The notes beneath the pieces were generated by a model. It saw only the letters and a program-made list of their open reading frames with translations. It made no database searches and had not been told where the DNA came from. A stretch of 64,000 bases of DNA from positions 3,968,001 through 4,032,000 of the forward strand of contig OZ176055.1 of assembly GCA_964247055.1 (NCBI GenBank), read 5' to 3'. A program made the position numbers and the translations under genes. The DNA comes from Paragordius varius (Eukaryota > Animalia > Nematomorpha). Below, piece after piece: positions 51,939 through 64,000 of this stretch (position 1 is its first letter; every line of letters starts with the position of its first letter).

Positions 51939-54640
51939 TGGGTAATTTTAAAGTTATATTGGCAAAAATATATCGTTGGTGGGAAATGTATCCTTATTGT
52001 TATAAAATCATTCAAATTACTGGAGGTTTTTTTATATTTTTCCGAGGTTAAAATTATTTTAATCATTAAAGCAGGAAATTTAGACCAAATATAATTAGAA
52101 CATGATTTCCGATAACCTAATTCAGTAATACTCAAACCGCAGCCCGTGGGCTGCATGCGGCCCTAAGATCGCTTTAAAATTGCCCTATGACCATATTAAA
52201 TTATTATTTTTATCGATGAATTTTAAAATACACACAAAAGAATTTTCGCATATATTAATATAAATTTATTTTCTTTAGATTTAATTTTGGTAATTTTTAT
52301 TTTTTACTTAATTAAAGTGTAATTTCCCTACAAATAATTATAAAATTTTGGCACACGTTGTTTCTGTATTCTATTTTCTTTTCTATTTTGAAGTTTTATT
52401 GCATCTTTTTTGTATTTAAGCAAGCCTTTCACCAAAACTTCCATATACATATTCTTTTCATTGCTATCATGTATCATTTTTTTAACTCATTTCCATAAGA
52501 TATTTTCAAATCAAGATCATTAAATTTCGACCTGTTTTTTTATAGCATAATTCAAGTTATATTCCTATTTTTTGAATACATAATTAAACATAAATTCAAT
52601 GGATGACATCTGATGCTAAAAACGTAAATTATCCGATGAAAATCGCTTCTTTAAAAAAATATGAAGAATAACTCTTTGTTGTTATAAATAAAAATGTTGT
52701 TACCTGCCTTATATTTAAGGACAACATAATTATAAAAAATACAATATTGAAAGACATTTACAATCCATTCTCATAAATTACCAGAAAATCGTGAGGAAAG
52801 AAACGAAAAATATAAAAAGACTAAGGAATTATACCAGAAAATCTATTGTGTCCATAGCTTTCTCCCAGGAAAAAACTCTAATATTAGCTTCGTATGAAAT
52901 TTGCTATATTTTAGGTAAAAATATGAAACCGTTTACTTATTCCAAACTAATAAATGAATGTCTAATAAATGGAGCTTTTTTTTATTTTATAAATTCCCTA
53001 TATAAAGATCAACTCATGAGGCATATTAAAAAACTTCAACTTTCTGATTCAACATGTGCTCGACGCATTGAAGATATGTGTAAATATATTTTTAACAATA
53101 CATTTATTGGCTCTGAAAAACTGCAAAAATTTTAGTATTGCTATTGATTCTAGCACTGATATTAGTTCAACACCTCGATGCTCGCTCTTTGTGAGATTTT
53201 GTAATGACAACATAATTTACCAGGAAATTTAATTTTACCAATGAATAATACCACGAAAGGAAAGGATTTTCTCGAAATAATTAGCACTTTTTTCGTGAAT
53301 AATGGTATATCTATGAAAAAAATTGGTTTCGATCTGCACAGATGGCTGTCCCTCTATGATTGGAATAAACAAAGGGTTCATCCTCTTTTGAAAAACAAAT
53401 ATTTTATCCTTTCACTGCTGTATTCATCAGCAAAACTTGGTTTCGCTTGTAAAAGATGAATCACTCAATTCAGTAATTAAAACGGTTGTGGATATAGTTA
53501 ACCACATCCGTAGCAGAAAATTCAACTGCCGTAAATTAAAAAACCTTCTATCCACAGTGAGTTTGATGATATTCTTTTGTACACCGCTGTGAGATGGCCA
53601 AGCCTTAGCAAAGTATTAAATAGATTTTTTTGTTTTAAGACTTGGTAATAAAATATTTGCTTTTGAAGAAAAATTTTATATAAACAAGATTTTATAAATA
53701 AAACACTCCTATATTTTTTTAACACAAACGATTGATGAAGAAAATATGGAATTTACCGCAGAGATTAATTTAATAATAGACAATTTAACATTTTTATCTA
53801 ATGAAATGAAATTCAGATTTCAAGAATTAAGAAATATTAATAATTGCTTGAAAGTCGTTGAAAATCCATGTCATATGGAAATATCCAATATTAAGCAACT
53901 TGAGCATTTCGGTTTTGATTAGGCGCATATCATTAAAGAATTCATAAATTTTAAAAATGATTCCAATTGGAGGGTATATTCAAGGAGAATCAGAGAAAGT
54001 TATGTAGAGTTTTGGCAAGATGTGCCAAATAAATATGAAAATATAAAAAAATGTGCTCAAGTTTTCCTAACTGTTTTTCCCTCAACTCACACGTGTAAAT
54101 ATTGGCCTGTCATGAGGCGGACCTAAAATTGTCAAAAATTATTGGAATATCAAAATAAATTTTGTGATCAAAATTAAATATGTGCCTATGTGTCAAATAG
54201 CTATGGAATATTTGCCATTATAAGGTTCAAGGCCCTCGATAAACATCTATATTTTATTTGGCCCGTCAAATTTTTTGGTGAGTACTGACCTAATTTGAAA
54301 ACTGCTAGTATCAATATTTATATCTTAATTATAACCTATTTTGTCCAAGTTGTAATTTCCGTAAGCTAAATGTTTGGCGTGAAAAAGGTGCAGTGGTGAT
54401 TTTAAAGGTCACATAATGCAAAGTTTTAAAATGACCCAATATCGAATATGTTATGAATTTTATATTTTGAAATCGCTCCGTTGTTTAACTAACTACTAAT
54501 GATGTTTTATGATGTCCATAATGACAATTTTAAAGATATCGTTTTCCGAAACTTCAAAAAATTATTCAAAAATATAAAAAAAGGTAAAACCGTAATTCAT
54601 CCTTAATTTTTGCGGCTTAGATTTTTTGTAAGCGCATAAA
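51939..54640 (+). repeat. Unclassified dispersed repeat, split by a hAT insertion; intact copy at 61259-61794
   Basis: 51939-52122 plus 54296-54640 align with 61259-61794, where the target appears once (ACCCAATT, 61436-61443). Confidence 0.85.
52123..54287 (+). mobile_element. hAT Buster/Charlie-type transposon with decayed transposase
   Basis: Starts CAGTAATACTCAAACCGCAGCCCGTGGGCTGCATGCGGCCC, ends GGTGAGTACTG. Perfect TSD ACCTAATT (central TA). Transposase remnants ASYEICYILGKNMKPFT, LSDSTCARRIEDM, DSSTDISS, VRWPSLSKVL. Confidence 0.93.
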
Positions 54641-56778
54641 ACGTGAATTATTTTGGTTAAAATATAATTAATTTATTTGGGTACTCAATTAATTATAACA
54701 GTAAATTATCCATAATTAATAATAACGTATCAGCGGATGTGTTTAATTTAATGTTAGACCTCATCTGATTTTTATCAGATATACACAGGAAATTTTGGTG
54801 TGTCTCATAATAGGCTAGTGTACAAAAACTAAATGTTTTTAGACAAATCTGATTCTTAAGCTCAAATTTTTAGATCTCTCTAACCCACATATACAAATTT
54901 AGACGTTGTATAAATTTTTTTGATTCACTCTTAAAATATCTGCCATTTTAGACACTTTATTTTCTAAATATCATAGTTTATTGAAACAAAAGCTTAAAAA
55001 TTATATATTTTACCATTAAGTATTTAATTGCAAAGTTATAGCCATTGTGATTCATAAATTTTATAACAATGCCAAGTGTTTAAAATCAGTTTTTTGAGTT
55101 TAATTTCTTTATATGCAACTTGATCCCCAATATCGTTTCATATAAGTCATTGAGTTACTCTATTCAAAAATATAAAAATTTAAAGAACTACATTTTTTTA
55201 CCCTGGCGCACTTAAAGATAAATCTCATAGATAATCTGATCGGCTGCTTAAGTCGATCTATTTGGCTTAATATGGATCGAAAGCATTTGTAATTTACGTT
55301 GAACTCCAACACCTGATTACTTTTTTATCACTCACAATTTTTTTTTAAAAAATAAATTTAATTATAACAAATTGACAGCACATATACATAATATAAATCA
55401 GGGGTGAGTCATATGTCGCCCTTCAAAATATTATATGCGGCATATGAAACATCTGGAAAATTAACCAATAAATATGAAATTATATAAATCGTAACACTGC
55501 TATTAATCTTTAGTAATGATATTCCTTTAAACAAATTCTGAATGAGTATATTATTCAAATTTTGGCAAAGAATTAGCAAAAATCGTTGTTTCAATGTTTA
55601 TGCTTGTCAATCATATAATTATATAATCATGCCCTAAAGACTAACCAAATATTTTGGTCAAAAGTAGGGCCCTCGAAGCCATTTGTGTGGTTCAACTCTG
55701 TCTTTAATATAACTAAATGCTTTTTAATATTTATTTTTGTTTTTGAACATATATAGAAAGAAGTTTACAATTCTATAAATATCAACGAATGATTGTTTTA
55801 GGCACCTTGATACGCTTGTAATCAATAAATTTGGATGGCATAAAAAATCCATACGTTTCGGATTCTGATTAATCAAAAGGGGCTCTTTGAAATTGGGTTC
55901 CGTTATTTAATGTTTCATTTTTTGGCTACAACCATCTATGCATGGTAGATACTTTGTTTCTAGTTGTATGATGCTTAACTTATCCAAAGTTTTATTGTGT
56001 TAATACTTTTCAGTTTACAATAGGGAAATGGCTAAATTATTTGCCTTTAATATACATTAAATTTCGGACAGATTTATTTTGATATTCAATGGCGTAGCAG
56101 TGTTTAACAAAATATCATTGAGCCATAACTTTTATTAATTACTCATTCCTTCAATTTTTGTGAAACTGTGGCTATGTTTTTTAAATTTTCTATTTTTCTG
56201 GAAATGAATGATACAGAAACGGGAGATGAATGATCAATACATTTGTTAAGGAGAGGATGGATATGGTATGGTTACTATAACTGTCTGGCTGATTCATGTT
56301 TGTTATCTTGAACACATTTTCCAACTCTACCAAATGTTTTTATAAATATGGTTTCATTTACTCGTATTGTAAATAATTTGTGAGTTTTTGTTGTATGTAT
56401 TTATGGCTATTGATTATTATTATATTTATCCCCAATATCGGTTTGAAAAGTTAATAGCCTGAAGCTGAATTCATTAGTTATTGGGCCTTTTTAGTGAGTT
56501 TATAAGATGGATATTTGCGCTGCATGCATCCAAAATCAAGTTAATATATATTATAAAATTATAATATTGAGATGTTGTATGAATAAATATTTCGATTGTT
56601 GATTATGGGTGGAATCTAAAATGTAAAAAATTTTAAATACTTTCAAAGATATTTTAAAATAAATATAACGCTATCTTAGAATACATGTTTAAAATAAATT
56701 TAAAAGCAACAATTACATTTTATTATAAGACCCTTAATAAAGCTAACAAGTGTATTTTTGGCAGTTATGTATATTACT

Positions 56779-57948
56779 TTAAAAATAGGAGGAGAATATG
56801 GGAGCCAAGCAATTGGAACCCATTATGTCTGGCAGATTGTGACTGTTTTCCTGGCCGGGCAATGGACAGATAGGTACGGGCTCTGTGAAAATTCTACCTC
56901 TTCTCCTTCTAATATACGGGAGATCATCGCTTGAATCAGAATTTCCAAAATAGGAACACTTACATCTGCAATAAATGGTTTGAAATAATATTATATTGTA
57001 AAATAAGTTAATAAGTGTAAAAGATAAGTCTTACTTTGAACACAAGATATTTAGCTTTTTCATTCTTGGCATTGGCGATGATTTTCGGGAATCTGCTGAC
57101 CGAGTTCGCCATACGCGCGAACGATAGAACGCCCGTTTCCCGCTAATAACTCTATGGGTGTAATAAGCTGGGAATCGATCGGCAATCGATTGTCTGACCT
57201 CGCTTCTACTGTGGAGACAATTGGTTTCCCTTATTGGGGTTTCAACAACATTTTCCAGCATTTCTTGTTTAGCCAATATAGCCGCTTCTTGCACGATTTG
57301 AATGGCAGTGTCTTCAATATCCTCATCATTCATACTAATGGGTTCATTTAGAATGTTATGATCGTCTATTTTCTCAATCTTTCTATCTGAGATCGCCTTA
57401 TTGTGACATACATTACTTAAATTTATATTTGATGTTCTAATTTCCAAAGGTACATCATCAACCATTTCTATTGTCTTAATGCGTTTAACGTTTTTCTTAG
57501 CTTTGGTTACACGTTTATTGGCAACTTTCTTTACTTTCTTTTTCTTTTTAACCATTCCATATTTTGAGCAATCAACTTTGGGAGCCTTGTTTTTACGAAA
57601 AGATTGACGTGCTTCAGGTTTTTTAGATTTGTTTTTGCGGACAATTTTAGTTTTCTGTTTGGGAGTTTTTGCTTTTCTTTTTTTACCTTTGGTGGTAGAA
57701 ACTCTATAATTAGTTTTATTTTTTGAAGGTGTTTTTGGTTTTTGTGCACTTATAGGTTTTTTCAAACCTTTTTTCTTAACATTTTTGTTTTGCGATCTCA
57801 TTTTTCGGTTTTTATGCTCCTTTTTCTTGATAAAATTTTGTTGGTTTTTTCGTTTTGCCGGTTTAGCCTTTACTTTGGGTGCTTTGGTTTGCGATAATTT
57901 TTGTTTTTTAGTATTAGTTTTTAAAGCAACAGAATATTTGCGTTTCAT
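56779..57948 (-). CDS. Orphan lysine-rich basic protein, 366 aa, 2 exons (H1-tail / protamine-like composition)
   Basis: 305-codon ORF ends at donor AA|GTAAGA (57035/57034). 69-nt intron, acceptor TTGCAG, and exon 2 (56965-56779) stays open to TAA; total 1101 nt. No recognisable folded domain. Confidence 0.75.
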
Positions 57949-58451
57949 TTTTCAATGATATTTAGCAAGTAATTGTGTAAGTAATGTTAGACAATCAATT
58001 TTAAAATGATTGTTAAACCTATATAGTATATAAGATCTATATGATAATATTTAAATTTAATATATGTTGTAACATCAATAAAACATTGGGAATATAACAA
58101 AATTATTATTAATTCTTTGAAAATAAATAAATTTGACAACAGATAATTAAATAATTAAAACTAAAAAAATTATACATATTTGTCTAAAGTAACCAAATTA
58201 ATTTTAAAGCCCCCGCAAAAAATTTGTAATGTTCTCATCAAAGATATACACATAATTCATAAATAAACGGTCCGACCGAACTATACTTAAAGCCAAATTT
58301 AAAATATACATATATACCTAAGGAAGCTTTTCAGTCATGTATTATTAGATGTAACTTCTTTAAACATTTTTCTATAATGTAGCGAGTTATTTCATATATT
58401 ATTTAGAAAATAAAAAAATTTTTGTTTTTAAATTAGCCCATTGGTCTATGC

Positions 58452-60088
58452 CAGGCTTCCCATGGGTCGCGACCCCATTTGGGGTCGCCAGTGATAAAAA
58501 TACAATTTAAGAAAAAATGTTTTTCAACTAGTAAAATTATTGTTATAAAGAAAAATAGCAATCATCGTAGATAAATATATCATAAAATCTTCGTTCGGAA
58601 AGCTTATACCAGTACTTCTATCCCGATCATTATATTATATATATTTATAAAAATGTAAAATTTTGACTTTGTCATCTGTTTCCGGAAAACCGGTAGACCC
58701 ATTCAAATCCAAATGTCAAAAAATATAATAATTAATGATTGCCCCGACAACAGCTTCGCCCTTTTTTGAATTAGGCTCCCAGTTCGGGCCCACCCCGTGT
58801 AAAAAAACAGGTTTTTTTGAAAACACAAGTTCACAAAAATCGTGTCTTTGAGATAATTTTCCTGAAAACGTGTTGGACCATTCGATTTCAAATATGATTA
58901 TTTTTATTTCGATTGCGATAGTCGGCTTGTTTTTTTATTTAAGCTCTCTTTTTACCCGTTCCCCGTAAAATACCATTTTTTGCCCAAAATTTGAGACCGT
59001 TAAAATTCACTGAGGATTTCAGGTATTCCCTGTTATAAGGCAAAATTTTAGTATTGCGTTTTTTTAATATTTGCTGCTTGGTAAACAGATAGCCGCTAAA
59101 ACTGCGTAACTATATAGAAATTGCGTTGTTTTGGAGATAATTTACAGAAAAATTATGGAGCCATATCATTAAAAGCTTGAAATATTACCCGTAACTAGGT
59201 AGAAATTAAGGTCGGGCTTTTTCTATTAGCCGTTATTTTGGGGCCATAATGCCCTAAAAATACACCATCATATAACGATTATTTAGTGTTGAGATATTTT
59301 TTCGAATAACCCATGAGACGATGGTATCAAAGAGGATTCCAAATATTTGCCCTAGAAAAGCAAAGAATTTAACTCCGCTTTTTCCATATAGGTCCATAGG
59401 TAGGGGTCTACTGGTTAAAAATTGAGACGCCATACGAAAATGGCGTAGTTTTGGTAATTTTCAAAAAACTTAAGAAGCCACACGTGTTCAGTTAAACACA
59501 TTTCTGGGGAATTTGTATAATATTATTCTTTCCTTTAAAAAGGGACCACAAATGATTTGTTTTTTATATCCCTTGATCCCAGCTGTGTGAACACAGTTTC
59601 GAAATATATCTTTTAACCGTCATTTCGTTAAACGAAAATTTTAAAATAAATCCAATGATAGTTAAATATTAATGTTAATAAGGGGCAGATTAAATATGGT
59701 CGATTTCGACTAATAATATTTGAGCCTTTGAAAAAACCCGTAAAGGATAATTAAAGATATTTTTTTAAACATGTTTTTTATTATTTTTTATCTCCATTAA
59801 CTCTATTTATTGCAAATTATTAAGAATAATTATCGGTGAGATTATGCCACACGAAGCGTGATTGGGCCAGCTATTATCTTATATAAATTTACTATGAATC
59901 AAAAAATGTTATAGAAATTTATAAAAAGTGTAGATTTTTTTGTCAATTTCTTAAAACCAAAATAACCCTGATTATTATTATCAACAAGATTTCTAAGAAA
60001 CTATTATTTTCTTTTATGTTTGTTGGGGTCGTTAAGAAACTCGCAATCATAAATGGGGTCGGGAACTGCAAAAGCTTAAGTAGCCCTG
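58452..60088. mobile_element. Non-autonomous hAT (Charlie/Buster-type)
   Basis: Ends CAGG... and ...CCCTG. Perfect TSD GTCTATGC (58444-58451, 60089-60096). Subterminal GGGGTCGC motifs. Carries the unclassified repeat shared with 37600-38190. Confidence 0.85.
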
Positions 60089-61258
60089 GTCTATGCCAAT
60101 AAACAATAGGCAACAGCTTTAAAAGATTTTTATGAATATACTAAACAATTCTTTATGAATAGCATTTGTTTGCACATTGTAACTGAGTATGTTTTTCTGA
60201 GTTTGGCATCAATCACATTGGAAACGTGCAATAAGCGACAAGGAAAAGGCTACTAGAATTTATAAAATTATTTGAATTTATTATAGGAATGGAACATTTT
60301 TAATTTTAACCCTAGCTCCACTCGTAAAAAAGTGTCATTTGCTTTATTTTTACTTGTAAGTTTCAATTAATAATTTTTAATTATGTTTATTATACATGTA
60401 TTTATGTTTGACACGGCGTAACTACCTTTTTTAGTTAGCCTTTGATTCCTCAATTATAATTATCACAATATATAAAAATAATCAAAAACCGTATCATTCT
60501 ATTCCTATTATCAAAAAGGAAGCGATTTGTCTCGTACCCTTTATGAGACTGCAGTTTAGCGTCACCTTATATAATTATTTACTAAAATTTACCCTTGGGC
60601 ATAGTTAAATCTGGATCATTTACGTCCATAGTAGAACATATTAAACTCGACACTAAGCTATTTAAATAACTTAAATTTATTGATCCTTGATGTCTAATTA
60701 ACCCAAAAAGGATGTGCTTCTGGGTTAATTTAACTTATAGTTGATTTTAAATGTTCGTTTTCATAATTCAGGTGCCCTGGTTTATTATTTTTATTTGACA
60801 TATATAGTGACAAGGCATTTACACAAAATAAAAAGAAATTTAAATAGAAAAATAGAAAATACATTAACAATTACCAAATATTTATCAAGTAATAGTAACT
60901 TTGGCGAAACAAAGTCAAATTTTTCTAGTATCAATAATAATTTGTTTATTTTTATTATTAGATAAACACTTTAAATCCGTTAAATCAAATTCAGACATGA
61001 ACATACCAAATTCACCTTCAAATACTTTGAATCACCCAAAAAATTTTAAGAAACAGGTATAACCGAAATCGAGATCAAATATAATCAGTATAAGGTTGTT
61101 TGGCCATAAACGCAGGTGTCTATTTTCATGATGATTGAAATGTTAGGATGACTTAAAATGAAGATAAATTTGAAATTTTTGTGTGTGAGCTGGAAATGTT
61201 CAGGCCTATTCGAAATATTAACGGTTAATTTGAAGTGTTTTAGAGAAATTAGTATATA

Positions 61259-61794
61259 TGGGTAATTTTAAAGTCCTACTGGCAAAAGTATATCATTGGC
61301 GGTAAATGTATCCTTATTATTCTAAAATTTGAATTGCTGGAGGTGTTTTGATATTTTTCCAAACGAGGTTAAAATTATTTTAATGTTTAAAGCCCGAAAT
61401 TCAGACAAAATATAATTAGAACATTATTTCCGATAACCCAATTTGAAAACTGCTAGTATAAATATTAATATATTATTTATAACATATTTTAATGTCCAAG
61501 GTGTAATTCCCGTAGGCTTTACTAAATGATTAGTGTGAAAAGGGTGCAATGGTGAGTTAAGGTAACATAATGCAAAGTTTTAAAATGACCCAATATCGAA
61601 TATGTTTAAATAATATATTTTGAAATCGCTCCGTTGATTAACTAACTAGTAATGAAGTTTTGTGATGTCCATGAAAATGGTAATTTTGAAGATATCGTTT
61701 TCCGAAACTCTAAAATATTATTCAAAAAATATAAAAAAAGGTAAAACCGTAATTCATGCTTAATTTTTTGCGGTTTATATTTTTTGTAGCATAA
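61259..61794 (+). repeat. Uninterrupted copy of the repeat split by the hAT at 52123
   Basis: Continuous alignment to 51939-52122 plus 54296-54640. Confidence 0.85.
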
Positions 61795-62258
61795 AAAATA
61801 TACACGCGCGCGCGTTCGACCCATCTGACGCAACTTCAAAAACGAAAAATTCTTAATAAATTTTATATTATATCTATTTATCTTCAAAGTTTATTCTATC
61901 TTTTATCACTTATCCTATACTTTAAATTTTGTTATAACATACCTATTCCCATTTTTGTTTTTGGACGTAGGACTTACCGTTGGCCTTTTCCTATAATTTG
62001 CCTATTAATATTCTCTTTAAATATATAGATTGTATTCTTGGATAAGTATTGTAGCACTATTTTATTTTATTTTTTACTATGACACATAAAATAACCCTTG
62101 ATTTATATTGTTTTATACATAAATTTTGCTTAAAATTTTTTAGTGCGAAATATAATTTCCATTTTTACCTATAGCCCAGGTTTTTTTTTAAACATCTATC
62201 AATTTGTCATAATTAGCTTCAATTTTATTATTTTTATTTGTTTGTTTAAAGCTGTCAA

Positions 62259-64000
62259 ATGAATATTGATGTGTATAGTAATAACCGGTCAGGCCTGGCC
62301 AGCCGCGGTTTGGGTGTTGTGGCCAATAATACAAAGAGAATGCAAAGGAATACGGGATGCCTGTATCTTGCTAGTTTAAATGTTGGTTCATTGAAAAGTA
62401 AGTTAAATGATATTGTGAGAATAATGAAAGTTAAACATATTGATATTTTGGCATTACAAGAGACTCGTTACCGCGGAAACGGAGCAAGGACTTTGGAAGA
62501 GAATTTTCGACTATATTACTCAGGTGAAAGTGGCGGACGAAATGGAGTGGCAATTATCATTAATCCCAAATTGTCCAATCAGGTTAAAGAAGTAAGACGC
62601 TATAACAGCCGAATCATGAATTTAGATATTTTGGTAGGTAACGAGGTCATAACAGTATTTATTATATATGCCCCGTAAATAGGTTTACCAAAACAAGAAA
62701 AGGAGCAATTACGAGACTCTAGATAAAAAAATAGTCGCTCTCCCTCAGCTCAGAGTCAAGTTTTTATGTGGGGATTTTAATGGTCATCTTGGTTCAAAAA
62801 GGGAATCTTTTGAAATATGACACGGGGGACATTCTTATGGAGAAAGAAACGAGGAAGGAATTAATTTGCTCAGATTTGCACAATCTCACAATTTGGCGAT
62901 AGCGAACACGTTTTTCGAAAAAAGAGAGAATCATCTAGTAACGTCATCTAGTAACTTTTAAGAGCGGCATAAACAAATCTCAAATAGATTTTATACTTGT
63001 TCCAAGAGACTTATTGAAGCTTGTAATAGATTGTAAGGTCGTGCCAAACTTAGAGGTTAGTTCGCAACATAATTTACTTATTTGTAAATTTTTCGTGAAA
63101 GAAAAGTCTAAACAAAGTGGTTTTTATTCAAAGAGATTAAAATGTATTAAGTGGGAGAAATTATCCGAAAAAAGGCAGGCTTTTATAAAAGAAATACGGT
63201 TATCCGAGGATGGTGGGTTAAATGGTGATTGGGATAAAGTAAGTCAGTTAATCAAAAAGGCAGGAACTCTAGTTTGTGGATTAAAAAGCGGAAAATCTCA
63301 AGTATACAGAGAGGCTTGGCTTTACGATGAAAGAATAATATTGATGTCACGAGAAAAAGGTAAGGCTTTTGACAAATGGAGACATACAAGGAATGATGAT
63401 GATAGAGATAAGTATAAAAGTTTAAACAAGGAATTGAAAAAATTAGTCGGCCAGGTTAAGAAAGAAAAAATGAATTTATTTTATGATGAGTTAAATAGTA
63501 AGAAAGGTTTAAACAAAGTGTATAAAGTTGCGCACCAAAGGAATAAACGCAGGATGGATTTGCCAGGTTATGCGACTGCAAAAAAGGAAAAGATGGAAGC
63601 TTGCTGTGCGAAAATGTAGAAATATTAAAAAGATGTAAAGAGTACTTTGTGAGTTTAGATGAAGGGGTGGGCGAGATATTCTTGCCAAATACAGTTGAAG
63701 CTACTGATAGACCAATAGAAGCAATTACACAAAAGGAAGTAGAATCTAATTTGTTAGAAATGCCAAACAACAAAGCTGTAGGATCGGACGACATAAATAT
63801 AAATTGTTGGAAAGTGCTTGGAAACTCTGGATTAAATTTTTTGGAGCGTGTATTTAATAAAGTTGTTTCAACGTATGAAATCCCGGTTGAATGGAAGGAA
63901 AGTTTAACTGTGCCTTTATTTAAAGGAAAAGATGATATAAATGAATGTAGTAACTATAGAGGGATAAAACTTATGTCGCACACTATGAAATTGTTTGAAA
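62259..64000 (+). mobile_element. Second RTE-clade LINE (different family), decayed, runs off the window
   Basis: Endonuclease LASLNVGSL, DILALQETR, RNGVAIII, IYAP* (CAA>TAA), GDFNGH, ANTFF, SQHNLL. RT start NNKAVGSDDI, KGKDDINECSNYRGIKLMSHTMKLFE. Multiple stops and frameshifts. Confidence 0.93.

Noticed and set aside
61804-61815. ACGCGCGCGCGT palindrome, potential Z-DNA
   Set aside because: Only 12 bp, with no linked gene or second occurrence. Probably a microsatellite seed.

Overview
Very AT-rich eukaryotic DNA, most likely from an invertebrate animal (animal-type PSMC4 and MLF; lineage not determinable by eye). It has spliceosomal introns and uses the standard genetic code. Host genes: a complete 8-exon 26S proteasome ATPase Rpt3/PSMC4 (minus, 46650-50820), a 5-exon myeloid leukemia factor gene (plus, 41016-44948), an ADAT3/Tad3-like locus with several 1-nt phase conflicts (plus, ~24415-27047), and a 2-exon orphan gene for a very lysine-rich 366-aa protein (minus, 56779-57948). 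The rest is repeat-derived. A segmental duplication (1-12759 vs 29981-40060) carries a ~169-bp satellite, ~47 monomers in one copy (with a 10-monomer higher-order repeat) and ~19 in the other. There are two decayed RTE LINEs, hAT elements of Blackjack and Buster/Charlie type with 8-bp TSDs, and piggyBac-like and TA-target MITEs. Most interesting: a hAT element carrying a tail-to-tail inverted copy of its own transposase inside its TIRs (hairpin/self-silencing architecture), a 24-nt intron in PSMC4 plus other ultrashort-intron candidates, the satellite higher-order repeat, and the basic orphan protein. All coordinates and identity values were read by eye; no database searches were run.
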